Part shown: positions 27,010-40,258 of the stretch, in pieces | How the letters are laid out: each line of letters begins with the position of its first letter | Numbering within the stretch: the first letter of the stretch is position 1 | NCBI GenBank assembly: GCA_963575745.1 | Contig: CAUYUJ010000336.1 | Location: forward strand, 310,001 to 374,000 | Length of the DNA: 64,000 nt | Reading direction: 5' to 3' | From: Prorocentrum cordatum | Lineage: Eukaryota | The notes under the pieces: model-generated | What the model was told of the DNA's origin: nothing | Databases searched by the model: none | Seen by the model: only the letters and a program-made list of their open reading frames with translations | Program-made: the position numbers and the translations under genes

Positions 27010-29150
27010 ACTTCTCGCGTTTCACCGCGTTCAGGGCGGGCCAAGGGCGCCCCAAGACTGGCCCAGAGGCGCCCGAGACGGCTCAAGAGGGCCGCAAAAG
27101 ACGACCAAGATGGGGAACTCCATTTCAGGTTCCGTGATTTTCGCCCCAAGAAGACCCCCGAGACCGCCAGCAGGCCCCCAAGAGTCCACAAGAAAGCCGC
27201 AAGAGGGCCAAAGAAAGAGGCCTCAGATAGCCCTCCACGAGGTCCAAAAGAGCCCCAAGGGGCAACAATCGCTTCATTCCCGAAGGAAAGCATACTGTTT
27301 CATCATGTTGGGTGTTTCGGGTTTCACGGCGTTCAAGGCGGCCCTCGAGGCCCCCAGGCTCGCCCCAAGACAGGCCGAGAGGCCCCCAAGACGGTCCCAA
27401 GGCGGCCCACGACCGCCCCAAGATGGGCCTAGAGGCGCCCAAGATGGCCCAAGAGGGCCATCTTTGGGGCCGTCCTCTAGTGGGCCTCTTGGGGGCCTCT
27501 TGGGCCGTCTTAGGGACCTCTTGGGCAGTCTTGGGACGATATTGGGGGCCCATGGGCCCGTCTTGGAGCGTCGTGCGACCGAAACGGCGAAACCGCGGAC
27601 TATGTAGAAACACACATGGGCATCAAAAAGTGTTGACATCGTGGAGGTCCACTTGGAGCCCTCTTGGAGCGTCTACGGGGCCCCTTGGCCTTCAGACGCC
27701 GTCTTGGGCCCTCCCTGGGCAGGCGTGGGTCCCTCTTTGGGCGCTTTAGGGCCGTCTTGGAGATCTCGTGGGCCGTCTTGGGGGCCTCTTGGGCTGTCTT
27801 GGGGCGACTTTGAAGGTCTACGGGCCCGTCTTGGAGCGTCGGGTTACCGACAAGGCGAGAACGCTGACAACATGGAAAAACACGTTGAAATCAAAAGTGC
27901 TAGCATCCTGGAGGTCGACTTGGAGCCCTGTTGGGGCGTCTGAGGGGCCTCTTGGCCATCAGAGGCCGCCTTGGGCCCTACCTGAGCAGTCGTGGGTCCC
28001 TCTTTGGGTGGTTTAGGGCCGTCTTGGAGATCTCCGGAGCCGTCTTGGGGGCCACTTGGTCTGCCTTGGGGCCCTCTTGGGGGCCTCTTGGGGGCCTGCG
28101 GGCCCGTCTTACAGAATCGGGTACACGAAAAGGCGAGAACGTAAGATCATACAATGACCGAAGGAAGATCAAGGATTTCGGTTTCCTGGAGGTCCTCTTG
28201 GAACTCTCGTGGGGCCTGTGAAGGCCCTCTTGGCTTCCAGAAGCCGTCGTGGGTCCTTCCTGGGCAGTCATGGGTCCCTTTCCAGGCGCTGTGATGCCGT
28301 CTTGGAGGTCTCCGGGGCCGTCTTGGACGCCTCATGGGCTCTCTTGGGGCCCTCTTGTGCTGTCGTGAGGGCCTCTTGTGGACCTGTTAGGCCGTCTTGG
28401 GGCGATCTTGGGGGCCCATTGGCCCGTCTTGCAGCATCGGTTGCCCGAAAAGGCGAGAACGTTACAATCGTATAGAAGCCCACGGAAATCAATATTTCGG
28501 CTTCTGGAGATCCTCTTGGAGCCATCTTGGGGCCTCTGGGGGGCCTCTTGGACCGTGCGGAGGACATTCTTGGGACGTCTTGGGGTCATCCTGCAGACGT
28601 CTTGGGACCATCTTTGAGACCATCTTGGGCCATCTTGGCCGTTGGAGGCCATCTTAGCCGCATTGGAGGCCATCTTGGAGCTGTCATGGAAAGCGCAACC
28701 TACGATGCGTTCATTTCCTGTGCTTTCGGCGACTTTCTGGGTGGCCAGCGGGTTGGGCAGAGACCCCACTGGGCCCAGAGCCAAAGCCTATCAGGCAGCC
28801 AGCACGGAGCGCACCCCTGGGGTCTCGTGGGAGTGAGGGTTTGTTGAGGGCTTCTGTGAGCCTCTTGGGGGCCTCTTGGAGGTCTCCTGGGGGTCTCCTG
28901 GGGATCTCTTGGGGGACTTTGGGAGCCGCTCTTGGGCGCTTCTTGGGAGCCAGTTGGTGGTATCGGGGGCCTTCTAGGGATGGAGGGCTCGAAATGTCGG
29001 TTTGGGTGTCCCTTGTTGGGCCCCTCTGAACGACGTCTCGGTGGGTTGTTGGACCCTGCCTGGGGGATTGGACACCGTCTTGGGACGATCTTGGGAGCCT
29101 TTTTGACTGTCCTGGACGTTCGTAAGACCGAAACACAGAGAATCCTAAAT
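27010..29150. repeat. GGGCCGTCTTGG-rich repeat with ~270-300-bp higher-order units and a strand inversion near 27460
   Basis: CCAAGA-type motifs from 27010 to 27460 switch to their complement TCTTGG afterwards; GGCCCGTCTT anchors at about 27553, 27821, 28101 and 28422. Confidence 0.75.
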
Positions 29151-29789
29151 TAAGGTAACATTGTTCGGCGCGGGAACTCCAACATCTGCAGTTCTTTTCT
29201 AGCACGTGTCTTCTTAATGGGTGTCTGGATTTAGCTAGCTTGGTGAGTGAACTTGGTCGCGGATGACTAGACACACGTGGGTCTGAATGTAATTGGGTAA
29301 TTATGGAAATGACGGAGTCTCACCTTGGCGGCTACTCCTGGGTGTGGTCAATTGTTGGGATACTTCATCGCGATAGTCATGGGGGTCTGCAATGAGATGA
29401 GTCGGGAGTGTTGACCAAGCATTTCGCTAGAGACATCCCCACAATCTGCCCGCGAACGGGCCCGTGAACTACCCACCAGCGGCTCTCTCTCTATCTCTCT
29501 CTCTCTCTCTTTCTTGGGGCGCCCACGTGCAATGTCTGTTATTTCGCGGTGGCATGGAACTCTGAAAGAGGGAGGGGCTCCGGGCGCCAGCACAAGCTAA
29601 TCGCGCGAATTGGCCATGATGCCCCCCTGGCGCCCCCCCCATTGGGGGGATTGGATGTATGCTTGATGTATCGCGGTGACCATGGGCACTCAATAACCAT
29701 GCGACGCACCCAACCTTGTCCGAACATGTAGCCAATATACCCAGGAACGCTCAACACGGCCGAACATGTTAGAGGACCCGCAGTGCGCA

Positions 29790-31790
29790 GTAGCACCCCT
29801 CCGCGCGCAGGGAGCCGCGAGGTCTCGGATGGGTCTGCGAAGCTTGCCATGCTGGTGGGCCTTGCAGGAGCCCACGAAAGTCCACCCAGGGAGCCGCGAG
29901 GTCTCGGCTGGATCTTCGTGCCGCCCCATTCCGTTGGACCTCCCAGGAGCCCACAGAAGTGGTGACGGTTGCGCATGTCGCAGCCCAGGCAGCCGCGAGG
30001 TCTCAGTCAGGTTTGCGTGCCACCCCACTCCGCTGCACATGCCAGGAGCCCACGAAAGTGGCGACAGTTGCCGACTTTGCAGCCCCCCAGGGAGCCGCGA
30101 GGTCTCGGCTGGATGCGCGTATCACCCCATTCCGTTGGACATTCCAGGAGCCCACGAAAGTGGCGACAGTTGCGCACTTCGCAGCCTCCCCCCCCGGGGA
30201 GCAGCGTCGTCTGTGGTAGGTTTGCGTACCACCCCATTCCACTGCACGCCCCATGGGCCCGCAACAGTGAGACAGTGACACTTCGCAGCCTCCCCATGGA
30301 GCCGCGAGGTCTCGGCTGGACTTGCGTACCACCCCACTCCGTTGGACACCTCAGGAGCCCCCGAAAGTGGCGTCGGTTGCGCACTTCGCAGCCCCCCATG
30401 GGAGCCGCGAGGTCTCGACTAGATCTTCGTGCCACCCCACTCCGCTGGACATTCCAGGGAGCACACGAAAGTGGCGACAGGTGCGCACTTCGCAGCCCCC
30501 CCAGGGAGCCGCGAGGCCTCGGCTGGATCTGCGTATCACCCCACTCCGCAGGGCGCGACCGTCGTTCACTTCGCAGCCCCCCAGGGAGCCGCGAGGTCTC
30601 GGCTCGATTCAGCTGGGCGTCCCAGGAGCCCACGAACGCGGCGACAGTTGCACACTTCGCCCCCCCCTCCCCCCAGGGAGCCGCGAGGTCTCGGCTGGAC
30701 CTGCGTACCGCCCCACTCCGCTGGAAGTCCCAGGAGAAAACGAAAGTGGCGACGATGCGCACTTCGCAGCCCCCCCAGGAGCCGCCAGGTCTGCTGGATC
30801 TGCGTACCACCCCACTCCGCTGGACATTCCAGGGAGCACGAAAGTGGCGACAGGTGCGCACTTCGCAGCCCCCCCAGGGAGCCGCGAGGCCTCGGCTGGA
30901 TCTGCGTACCACCTCACTCCGCTGAACTTCCCTCGAGCCCACGAACGTGGCGACAGCTGCTCACGCCGCAGCCCCCAACCCCCAGGGTCACGTCGCAGCC
31001 CCCCCCCCAGGGAGCCGCTAGGTCCCGGCTGGACCTGCGTATCGCCCCTCTCCGTTGGTCCTCACAGGAGCCCACGAAAGTGGCGACCATTGCACCCTTC
31101 GCAGCCCCTCAGGGAGCCGCGAGGCCTCGGCTGAATCTGCGTCAACCTCATTCCGTTGGGCTTCCCTCGGGCCAATGAAACAGGAGCCGTGATGTCTCGG
31201 TTGGATTTGCATACCGTCCCATTCCGCTGGACATCCCTTGAACCCGCGAACGTGGCGACAGCTGCTCACGTCGCACCCCCCCCCCCAGGGAGCCGCTAGG
31301 TCCCGGCTGGACCTGCGCATCACCCCACTCCGTTGGACCTCACAAGAGCCCACAAAAGTGTCGACGGTTGCCCACTTCGCAGCCCCCCAGGGAGCCGCGA
31401 GGTCTCAGCTGAGTCTGCGTGTTACCCCACTCCGCTGGACATTCCAGGGAGCCCACGAAGGTAGTGAAGGTTACGCACTTCGCAGCCCACTTCCCAGGGA
31501 GCCGCGAGGTCTCGGTTGGATCTGCGTACAGCCCCACCTGTTGGATTCCCCGTGCGCCCACGAACGTGGCTACCGTTGCTCACTTAGCAGCCCCCAGGGA
31601 GCTGTGAGGTCTTGGCTCGATCTGCGTGCCACTTACTCCGTTGGACCGCCCATTGAGCACACGAGCGTGGCGACAGTTGCGCATTTCGCCGCACCCTAGG
31701 TGGCCGCAAGGCCTCGGCTGGATCTGCGTATTGCCCAACTCCGTTGGGCTCCAAGGAGCACCCGAAAGTGGCGACAGCTGCGCAATTCGC
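29790..31790. repeat. ~100-bp satellite (~20 copies)
   Basis: Recurring GGGAGCCGCGAGGTCTCGGCTGGA...CCCACGAAAGTGGCGACAG...CACTTCGCAGCCCCC. Confidence 0.92.
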
Positions 31791-32176
31791 AGGATGAGTG
31801 GAGGAGAAGATGGAAGATGACGACGAGAAAGAGGAGTAGGCAGGAATTGGAGGAGAAGGAGGAGGAGGAGGAAGCTGGAAGAAAGAGAGGGCGGAAGGAC
31901 GGATACTACAGTGCCCTGTTCAAAGCGAGAACTCAACACAGGAGGGTTGGGAACATCAGAAATGTCCGAGGCGCCAAAACAAGCGAACCGCTTGAGGACT
32001 CCCCACACTCAGGGTGCGAGCGGGCCCGTGATTCACTCGTTGGCGCACCCCCTCTGGGGTGATCAGTAGTACGTCTGCTATATCGCGGTGATCACGGGGC
32101 CTTCAGAAAGAGACGAGCCCGATGCTCCAAAACAAGTGAATCGCTTGAGAAAACACCAACATCAGGGCGCGAGCGG

Positions 32177-32197
32177 TCCGTAGCCATTTGGCTCAAG
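32177..32197 (+). other. Dinoflagellate spliced-leader relic
   Basis: TCCGTAGCCATTTGGCTCAAG equals DinoSL with one T deleted; followed by a possible second degenerate relic CCGTTTCAAG. Confidence 0.9.
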
Positions 32198-33471
32198 CCG
32201 TTTCAAGACTAGTCCGCAAGTGCCGATTATCTGGAGATTGCTTCATCCGTTCCATATTCTCATATAATGTTTGAGCGGGGGTGGTTGTTCGGCTTGCCCG
32301 GTGTGTTTCGAGCAGAGGGCCTTCTCGTTGTCGATCCCAAACTTGTTGACGAGTTTGGAGGAGCGTTGACTCGCTTGTTCGATGTCGCCGAGGATCGCAA
32401 CTTCACCATCAGCAAAGAGGATTGCGCTCGGGGGATTTCACCAAGCTTCCCCATCGCATTGCGTAGATTGCATGACAAATTTGCCTTGATGGCGTAAACT
32501 CCAGATCGCGAATTGAGAATTACAATTTGGGGTAATTCGATGACCGCTGGTCATGAGTTCAGCGCGCCTGCGTCGCTACTAGAAAGGTTTTGTGGGTGGA
32601 CCCTTCCCTGCCCTTCCCGTTAATCCTTCCCATTAATTGTCTTGTATTCCCGATGATTGTCTTGTATTTCCGATTATAGGCCATACGGTATAAGCTATAC
32701 AAGCCACGTAATTATTCCTGGACTGCATCAAAGATATTCGAATCGTTTAGAACATTTTTTGCGCGAGGCGACCTGGCCAAACGTTGTCGTTGACAATCAA
32801 CACCAACATTTTCATAGTTCATTATACGATCTCTGACGCAGCGCCCTGTTGTGGATGGAAGGATGACGAGAAGGTGCATTTGGAGACAGCGTTTGATAAG
32901 TGTTCTTCTGTATTTGCCAGGGTCACCTGCGGTGGTGTACCTAGAGATTTTCACCTTTGTTGCTATGACTTGCCACCGGCCTGATACTGCATTTCCACTT
33001 TGTTCCGTGTTGCGCAAGGCGATGATACCAACGGTCAGTTATTACAGGTCCGTGTGCAGTAATGCGGACCCGGGCCCCCACTGGGGCAGTGCCGAGAATC
33101 CCTATCCGAATCTGCAGCCTACGCACGAAAACATCGGGCGACTTCTTGCAGGATTGTTTATTGCCTTCAAAGCACAGGGCGTCTTTCCCAAAAAGGTAAA
33201 AGAAGAAGATCACCTTGCTTGAATCTCAATTGGCAATGATCCCCATCTCTCGTGTGTAGTCATGCCAGCTTTCAGATTTTGGGCTGACAGCGATGGGCCA
33301 CAAGGGTTTCTTGCTCGTGCCGATGCATGGTCATTCTATGAAGACGTGCCTGGGAGACCAGGATGGACTGCCCCCGCGGATCGGACGGTAGACATCACAT
33401 TTGAGGTTAAAGTGGATCCAGCAACAAACGTGGATGTGTATCTCTGTTTTTTTGTTACGCATGAGCCATAG
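32177..33471 (+). pseudogene. Processed (retroposed) pseudogene of an SGNH/GDSL-hydrolase-like protein
   Basis: Starts with DinoSL and is lower in GC than its flanks. Block-I-like ITIWGNSMTAG (GNSMTAG 32531-32551) is in frame with ORF 32267 after a TAA; later IFIVHYTISD, LLYLPGSPAVVYLE, IPTVSY. Contains stops and frameshifts. Confidence 0.68.
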
Positions 33472-34569
33472 GGCCTTGAAAAAGAGAAGAGTCCAAGGTT
33501 CCAAAGGAGAAATCCACAACTTGGGCGCGAACGGGCCCGTGATTCCCCCATGCCCCCCCCTATATTGGGGTGATCAAGCGGCACGCCTGCTATATAGCGG
33601 TGGCCAGGGGGGCCTCAAAAAGAGCAGAGCCCGAGGCGCCAAAACGCGCGAACCGTCAGAAACATTCCCACAATCAGGGCGCGAACGGGCCCCTGAAACC
33701 TTTCCTGGTGTCGCACCCTTGGGTTGCCCAAGTGGCATGCGTGCTACATGGCGATGGTCATGGGGCGAGACCTGCCCACAAGCTGGGCGCGAAAGGGACC
33801 GTGATACACCCCTTGGCGAGGACAAGAAAAGGAAAAGGAGGGAGGATGTGGGACGTGAGTGAGGCGGAGGCGCTCCTCGCGAATCAACAGTCCCATGCTT
33901 CGAATGCGGTTGGCAACAAGAACCCCATCTTAGTATATGGGGGAGGGGGCGCCCAGATGCAACGCTTGGTACATCGCTGCGGTTTCGTGGTTTTTAGAAC
34001 AATGGGGTCGACGATGCGAGACGAGCGCTTCGCCTCGTTCGAGACTTACCTGGCCCGAGCGGGCAAATGTTCTATCCCATGGCGGTTCCTCCTTGGGGGG
34101 GCCAAGTACAACGCCTGCTACATCACCGCAGTGGCAGCGTGGCTCCCGACGCAGAGAGCCGGTGACGCCAAACGAGCACACCTTCCGAGGCATCACCACG
34201 CTCTGGGCGCGAACCGACAACCGTCCCACCCCTTGGCGGCTCTTCCCTGGGGCGCCCAATTGCCACTCCTGTTGCATCGCGGCGACCACGGGATTCTCAA
34301 AGGAGAGCAGCCGGCGACGCTAAGCGAGCGCCTCGCTCGAGATATTCCCCAGAATCTGGGCGTGAACGGGCGAGTGTCCTACCCTCCAAGCGGCTCATCT
34401 TTGGGTTGCCCAAGTGCCACGTTTCTACACTGGTGATCACGGGGCTCTCAGAGCAGAGGAGTCGGACACGCCAACGGGGCGCCTCGTTCGAGGCATCCGC
34501 ACAATCCGGTCATGAATTGGCAAGTGCCATACTTCCTGGCGGGCCCTCCTTGATGTCGCGGTGCCCACG

Positions 34570-34960
34570 AACGAGTCTGAGCATGAGTCGCGAGTACGAG
34601 TGGGTTTGGGTATGAGTGACAGAGTGTGTGTACGTTATGGCATAGCTGACTATGAGTGGGTTTGAGTGTGAGTGGATATGAGTATGAGTGAGTCTGCGTA
34701 TGACTGAGGCTCAGTGTGCGTGAGTCTGCGTGTTAGTGCATCTGGGTATGAGGGATCGGAAGTATGAGCGCATCGGAGTGTGATAGCACATGGGTATGAG
34801 CTTGCTTGAATATGAACGACTCGGGGTACGAATGAGTCTGAGTAAGAGTGGGTCTTAGTGTGAGAGTTCGGAGGTATGAGTAACTCGGTGTGGGTAAGTT
34901 GGAATATGTCTAAGTTGAGTAGGAGTGGCGCTGAGTATGACTAGACTGAGACGAGTACGA
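34570..34960. repeat. Low-complexity GAGTATGAGT-type repeat
   Basis: Directly visible. Confidence 0.75.
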
Positions 34961-37340
34961 GCGGCTCTAAGCGTAGAAGGTGGCGGGAGTGAGAGATCCC
35001 ACAATTGAAAAGATCCCCAACATGGGATATGGGGGTTATAGAGATGCTCTGAGATGTTGGCCTCTTTGGCCAGGCCCCCTGAGATGGCCCGAGAGGCCTC
35101 GAGAGAGCCTCGGGACGGCCCTCGGGGGCCATCTTCGGACGCGTGGGGGTATGCACGCCAAACCACGCATGTAGAGGTAATTTCTGGGCTGCGGCGTTAT
35201 CCTCGTCAGGCCGATCTGGTTTCCCGTTTGTGCCATTACGGCCAAGTTCGTTGCGTTGTGGCGGTGTGGAGTTAGATTCGGTGCCATACCACGTAGACCG
35301 ATCGATAGTTGCTATCATTGTCCGCGCGGCGAAGCCTATCTTCCCCAGAGCCTCGCACGATCGCTTCCCCCCATTGCAGCCCCCGTCCATCCCACACCCT
35401 TACCCTCCTGGACCTCGTTCTCTGTCTATTTTTTCCTTCCTCGTCCTCGCCCCACTACTCTCGCTCGTGTTATCGGTCCCCCTCTCGGGGCGCTCCTCGG
35501 GGGGCGTCGGGTTTGTGCTTGGAGCCCTTCCAAGCTCTCTTGGGCGATAGTGGAGCCACCTGGAGGCCTCCAGCTCGGAAGCGAAAAGGCAAGGCAGGAA
35601 AAGTTTGACACACTTCTATTAGTTTGTTGAGCAATGTTGGCCTCCCGAAGGCATCCTTGACTGGTTCCGCTGCCATTTCGATCCACAGTGTGGCGACGTC
35701 TGCGCCTCATGACAACACGTTGGACCAATTACTGCTCACTGTTAGACTATCTCAGGCGATGTGGGGCCAAGTTTCGCTGCCTGATGCCTTCTTGGAACCA
35801 TCCCGGGCCGACGCGGACCTCCGACGCCTCTCAAAATGTTGGCCCAGGCAGCAGCAGAGAGGGGTACATGGAGGAGTCAAGTTTCCAATGGGAACGCGAC
35901 TAGCCGTCTCGCTCGCTCCCGACCGCCCTCCCACCACATAGGCAGCACCCGAGACTATCGCGTAGGCAGAGGTCGCCATCGGATGGACCATCATTGGGAA
36001 CCATTGCAAACGCCAGGTGTGCGACGCTCGCGGGGTGCGCTGCGCGTGCCAGCTGCGCCGCGCGCTCCAGCTTCGCCGTTCCTGGTGCGCCAGATGCGCC
36101 GCATATTACACGCACGCCAACTGTTCCACATGGTCGAGCTACGCCTCATGCGCGACGCGCGCAAAGCTTGCCGTGTGCAAGTGCACGTGGCAGCACACAT
36201 CGGGCAGCATGTCGACACCCCCGAAATCCCTGGTATAATCCACTGCAAAGTGGCGACGAGGCGGCCAGCGCGGGGCGCGGTGCACACCCGCATTAGTTTT
36301 CACAGTTTGGTGCCGCGGATGGTGGGTCACAGCCTGGCAGAAATTGCGCCCCCACCCCAGCATTCTCAGCAATAACTGTTGTTGAGATATTTGTTCCATC
36401 CTCCCACTGCGCTCGTTAGAATTGGTGTCCTCTCTCGGCTGTGGTACGCTACCCAGCCCGCCGCGCTGCTGGCTGATTGCAACTCGCCACCCACTGCCGA
36501 GAGCCCGCCACGCTCCCCGCTTCTCCGCTCCATGCCTCCTCCCCGCCGGCAGACGGCGCCGCGGGCTGTCGGTGGGCTGACAGCCCACAGATGGCGCCTT
36601 GCGGACATTTAGGGCGCCCTGCGGATGGAGCCCAGGTTGCAGACAAGCAAGTGATGAGGTAGGTCTGCCGCTGAGTGTACCTGGCACTGCCTATAACAGG
36701 GCATTGGCTGGGGGGTGACCGATCGGTTTCCGGTCGGCGGCCGCTTCAGTGGGGGATGGTTTGGTCGCGTGTGTGCTTGGTTGCATGTGACAGACATGGG
36801 TTTCCCCCCTGGGGGAGAGAGCGGGGCCAGAAGAGCGGGCTCGATGAGCCACCTGCGCCCAGAGGATTGGGTGGGATCTGGCGCAACCTTCACACGTCTC
36901 ATGCCTCGAGGGGGGGGGGGGGCTCGGCTACGTATCCTGGGGGGGGGGTCTCGCGGTCCCCGTTTCAGTCCCGCACATCCATCACACATTTCGCATCCCA
37001 CAGGGCAGTCCACTTGCGGTTCTGCCTGGAGTGTGCGCGCGCGGCCCCCTCGCCCAATTCGGCACGACCTTTGCGCACTTCGTGCCCGAGAGGGAGACCG
37101 AATCTGGACCCCCCTGGGCGTGCGCATGTCATCCCCTCGCCCCGTACAGCGTGCACCGCACGCACTTATTCTTTCCTTATGAGAAGCCCCAGCTAGGGAG
37201 TTGTTGTTTCGCGCCACCCCCCCCGCTGCCTCTTTCCGTCGGCGCGCAGTATAGCGGGAGAGGGTGAACACTCCACGCTGCATCTTGTGGCCAAGGGTTG
37301 ATGTCGTTCGCCAGGCATGTGTTTGTATGTTGCCCATCTC

Positions 37341-37344
37341 TGTT

Positions 37345-37379
<35 letters not shown>

Positions 37380-37492
37380 TGTTCCATTTCTCTCTCCCTC
37401 TCTCCCACCCTCTGTCTCCCTGCTTCTTGTCTCCCTCCTTCTCCTCCACCTCCTCCTCCTCCTCCTCCTCCTCCTCCTCCTCCTCCTCCTCT
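37341..37492. repeat. (CT)n and (CCT)n microsatellites
   Basis: Directly visible. Confidence 0.9.
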
Positions 37493-37689
37493 GGGTGGTG
37501 CAAGTGCCCCGCGCGCGCATACCGCCCTCCATATGTAATGGAGTACATTTTCTCTGCTCACAGTTCAGCTTTACCTGGCAGCAGGTGAGGCGGGCCCGCG
37601 CGGCCAACCTTCATGTCGCAGATTCGATGTTTGCATTGGACCCCCCCCCCCGAGTTTCAATAGCCAGGGCCGCCGGGAGGAGGTGATCG

Positions 37690-40061
37690 TTCAGACGGCA
37701 AAAACCTTCCACGTGTGCGTGTTCGTGGGGATCCAGAAACGTGCTCTTCCTGGGGTTCCCCTAGGGAAACGTCGGCAGCATGGAGCGTTGCTTCTGGAGG
37801 CGGGCTACTGGAGGGACCCCATACACCAACAAATCGACAGGCATTGCGATGACCTTGAGATGTGGCTTGCAGGAGGGGCACATCGTTCGACACTGGCTTC
37901 CACCAGCGGCTCTTGGAGGGCGTGGACTTGACATCCGAATACGACGAGTTGGGCTAGACCTGGCCACCATCGGCTCCTACTTCCCACCACGTCCACTAGG
38001 GCTTCAGGGCAAGCCGAATTACAAGGCGACCGTCGGCAAGCTCGTAGGTTCCGCTCCGTCTGTGCAGAGCTGGCTCAGACAACCAGGGTTCTGCCGAATT
38101 TCACTGTGGATTTGAATGATGGTGCGGGGCTTTCTTTATCTGGCGGCAGGCGGGTCTACACGGGCACCAGCACTGTCTTTGAGGGGCCGAGTACTAAAGA
38201 ACACATTCCTGGGGGCGCTGGGGAACAGATCCGTGGGCTGATGGAGGAGTTTGGTAGTGTGCTTCCAGGGCTTCGGGGCCGAGTCGAACCTACCTGGTCT
38301 AGAAATAAGGTTAATCGCAGAGTTGACTACATGCTCGGCCCCGCTGCGGCCGCTTCTCCGGTGCTTTCTGGCGGGCCCGCGATGCGCATCATGCGTAAAC
38401 ATCAGCTCATTCCCAGTAAAGTTCCTCGGGGTTATGCACCACTACATTTTGCCAGTTTCGATGGGGGCATGTTCGACCCCCCCCCCGGACAACGGTCCGA
38501 CCGCATTTCCTGGAAATTCGAGGCCATGAGATTCTCTGAAGGTCGCCAGAGTTTCTTGGAAGGGGCCACAGCTGCTTTAGTTCCGAAGGAGGCTAAACTC
38601 GCACAGGCTCCGAAGAAGGGCGTGCCAGATAGATACTTTGTGATTTTCAACGCCGCGCTGAAGGACACCGCAGCTCGTTTCTTCAGTGGTGCGCTGGCAC
38701 GATGTTCGGCTTCTTATCAAGAGCACGCGGTAGAGCGTCGCGAGCTTGTGAACCGGCGCCTTGAGCCTCGACTTCGGCTTTCACAGGCCGGCTGTTCTGA
38801 TGGGGGGGGGGGGGGGTCATTGAACAACCCAAGCAATGTAGTCGCGAGCGTGCTCAAGCTAGGAGACAACAGTATCGGAGATGGAGGAAGGAGGTCACCG
38901 ACGAGTTAGACGAGGCCTGGAGGGCTCGTAACTTGAAGGAGGCGCATCGCTTGATGCGACTTCTAGCTTGTGAGGGCAGGGCCCCTAGAGGCCGCAATTT
39001 ACGTCACTTGCAGGGTGCGCAGCTTGCTGCTGATGAATGGCTCGGCGTTTGGCGACTAGCGGACCCTCTTGGGGGAATGGGGGCGGTGGTGGTGGTGGCG
39101 GTGGTGCGTGCGTGGGGCGCGCGCGCGCGTGTGCGCGTGCGGGGGGGGGGGGGGGGGGCTCAACGTGGGGGAGAAGCAGGCCGGAGGTTATTATGGTTCG
39201 TATTCTGTTGAAGCTACAATGGACTTGGGTTCCATTGCTAAGTATCTCACCCATGCGCCGAAACGCCGAGCCTGTCCGCCGTGGATTGTACCTGTAGAGA
39301 TTTGGGGCATGATCGCGGACCCGAGGTTTGGTTTGAATCATTGTCGCTACGGACCGGGCGCCAACTTCCCGCTGCAAGCCGATTCGTTGCAGTCGATATT
39401 TGAGCACGGCCTTGTGTGTCAGGCTGGCTGGCAGATTTTCCGCGATGTGGAACCGTAGTTTCGGCCGTGCACTTCCCAGAAGCAGCCCCCCCGGTCCGAG
39501 AGGGAAGCGAGTTATTCACCTGCTCGATCCTTCAGGAAAAGCGTGGCTCGCGGGGGCCATAAAGAGACGCGAGTCGAAACTTCTGGGGCCATGCGACTTC
39601 GGTCTCTCGCGAGGGAGGAGGAGGGAGGGCGCCATGCTGGCTATTCAGATTGCCGCATCGCCCCAGGCGTAGTGGTCATAGCGCCTCTTTGTCTAATAAG
39701 GATATCAGCGACGCGTTTCCGTCGACGTCTCGGGAGCTTTGGGGGCGAGCAATGTCAGGTTTATTGGAACCCGAATATCCACCATTCGGTTTTCACATAT
39801 TTAAATCAGCAGCTAGTGTAATTCCACTTCGAGATCGCCCGCTCGTCGCTCGACCTAAAGGTGGGGCGCTGATGGGAGGGCCCGTGCGCAGTGGAGAGTT
39901 CTGGCAGAGCATATGAGCATCCAGTCAATGAGTGGAGCGCACAACTTCTAGCACCGCTTGGTTCGGAATAATGTTTGCGCGTCGAATGCTCCCGGCTAGT
40001 TTCGGCGAGGTTGATCTCAGTCTCGCTAAGTACGCGGATGACCTCGCCAAGCTTCACATCT
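37690..40061 (+). mobile_element. Decayed non-LTR retrotransposon (LINE), 5' part: endonuclease and RT up to YADD
   Basis: Endonuclease-like remnants (NKSTGIAM, GSYFPP, DLNDG, EPTW...RRVDYMLGP). RT motifs RVIHLLDPSGK, GRRREGAM, KDISDAFPS, GGALMGG, and KYADDL (YADD at 40031-40042). Confidence 0.8.
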
Positions 40062-40256
40062 TGTGAATAGAACCCGTGTAATACCCTCATATATATTCCT
40101 TATCCTCACCTCTCCTGCGCCTGGCCGTTTGGGCTCAGGTATTGGATAGATCGATCAGACCTTTGATCGTGCAGGAGGAAAAGATATCCATCTTTCCCTC
40201 CTTTCCTCTACCAACGGATCAGGGGTTCTGTACCCTTTGTACTCTAACCCCATACA
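40062..40256 (+). repeat. 5' LTR (~195 bp, TG...CA)
   Basis: TGTGAATAGAACCCGTGTAATACC...AACCCCATACA. Manual alignment to the 3' LTR gives 6 transitions and 3 small indels. The end could be 40256 or 40258. Confidence 0.93.
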
Positions 40257-40258
40257 CA

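Larger units (their letters stand above)
31900..34520. repeat. Degenerate ~140-150-bp tandem repeat, interrupted by the SL retrocopy
   Basis: Recurring GAGGCGCCAAAAC...GGGCGCGAACGGGCCC on both sides of 32177-33471. Confidence 0.7.

Noticed and set aside
33472..33490. A-rich tract as the poly(A) tail of the retrocopy
   Set aside because: It matches the flanking repeat unit (compare GGGCCTTCAGAAAGAGACGAG at ~32097).
35600..36400. Cys/His-rich short ORFs as a possible zinc-finger gene
   Set aside because: No consistent motif spacing or continuous frame.
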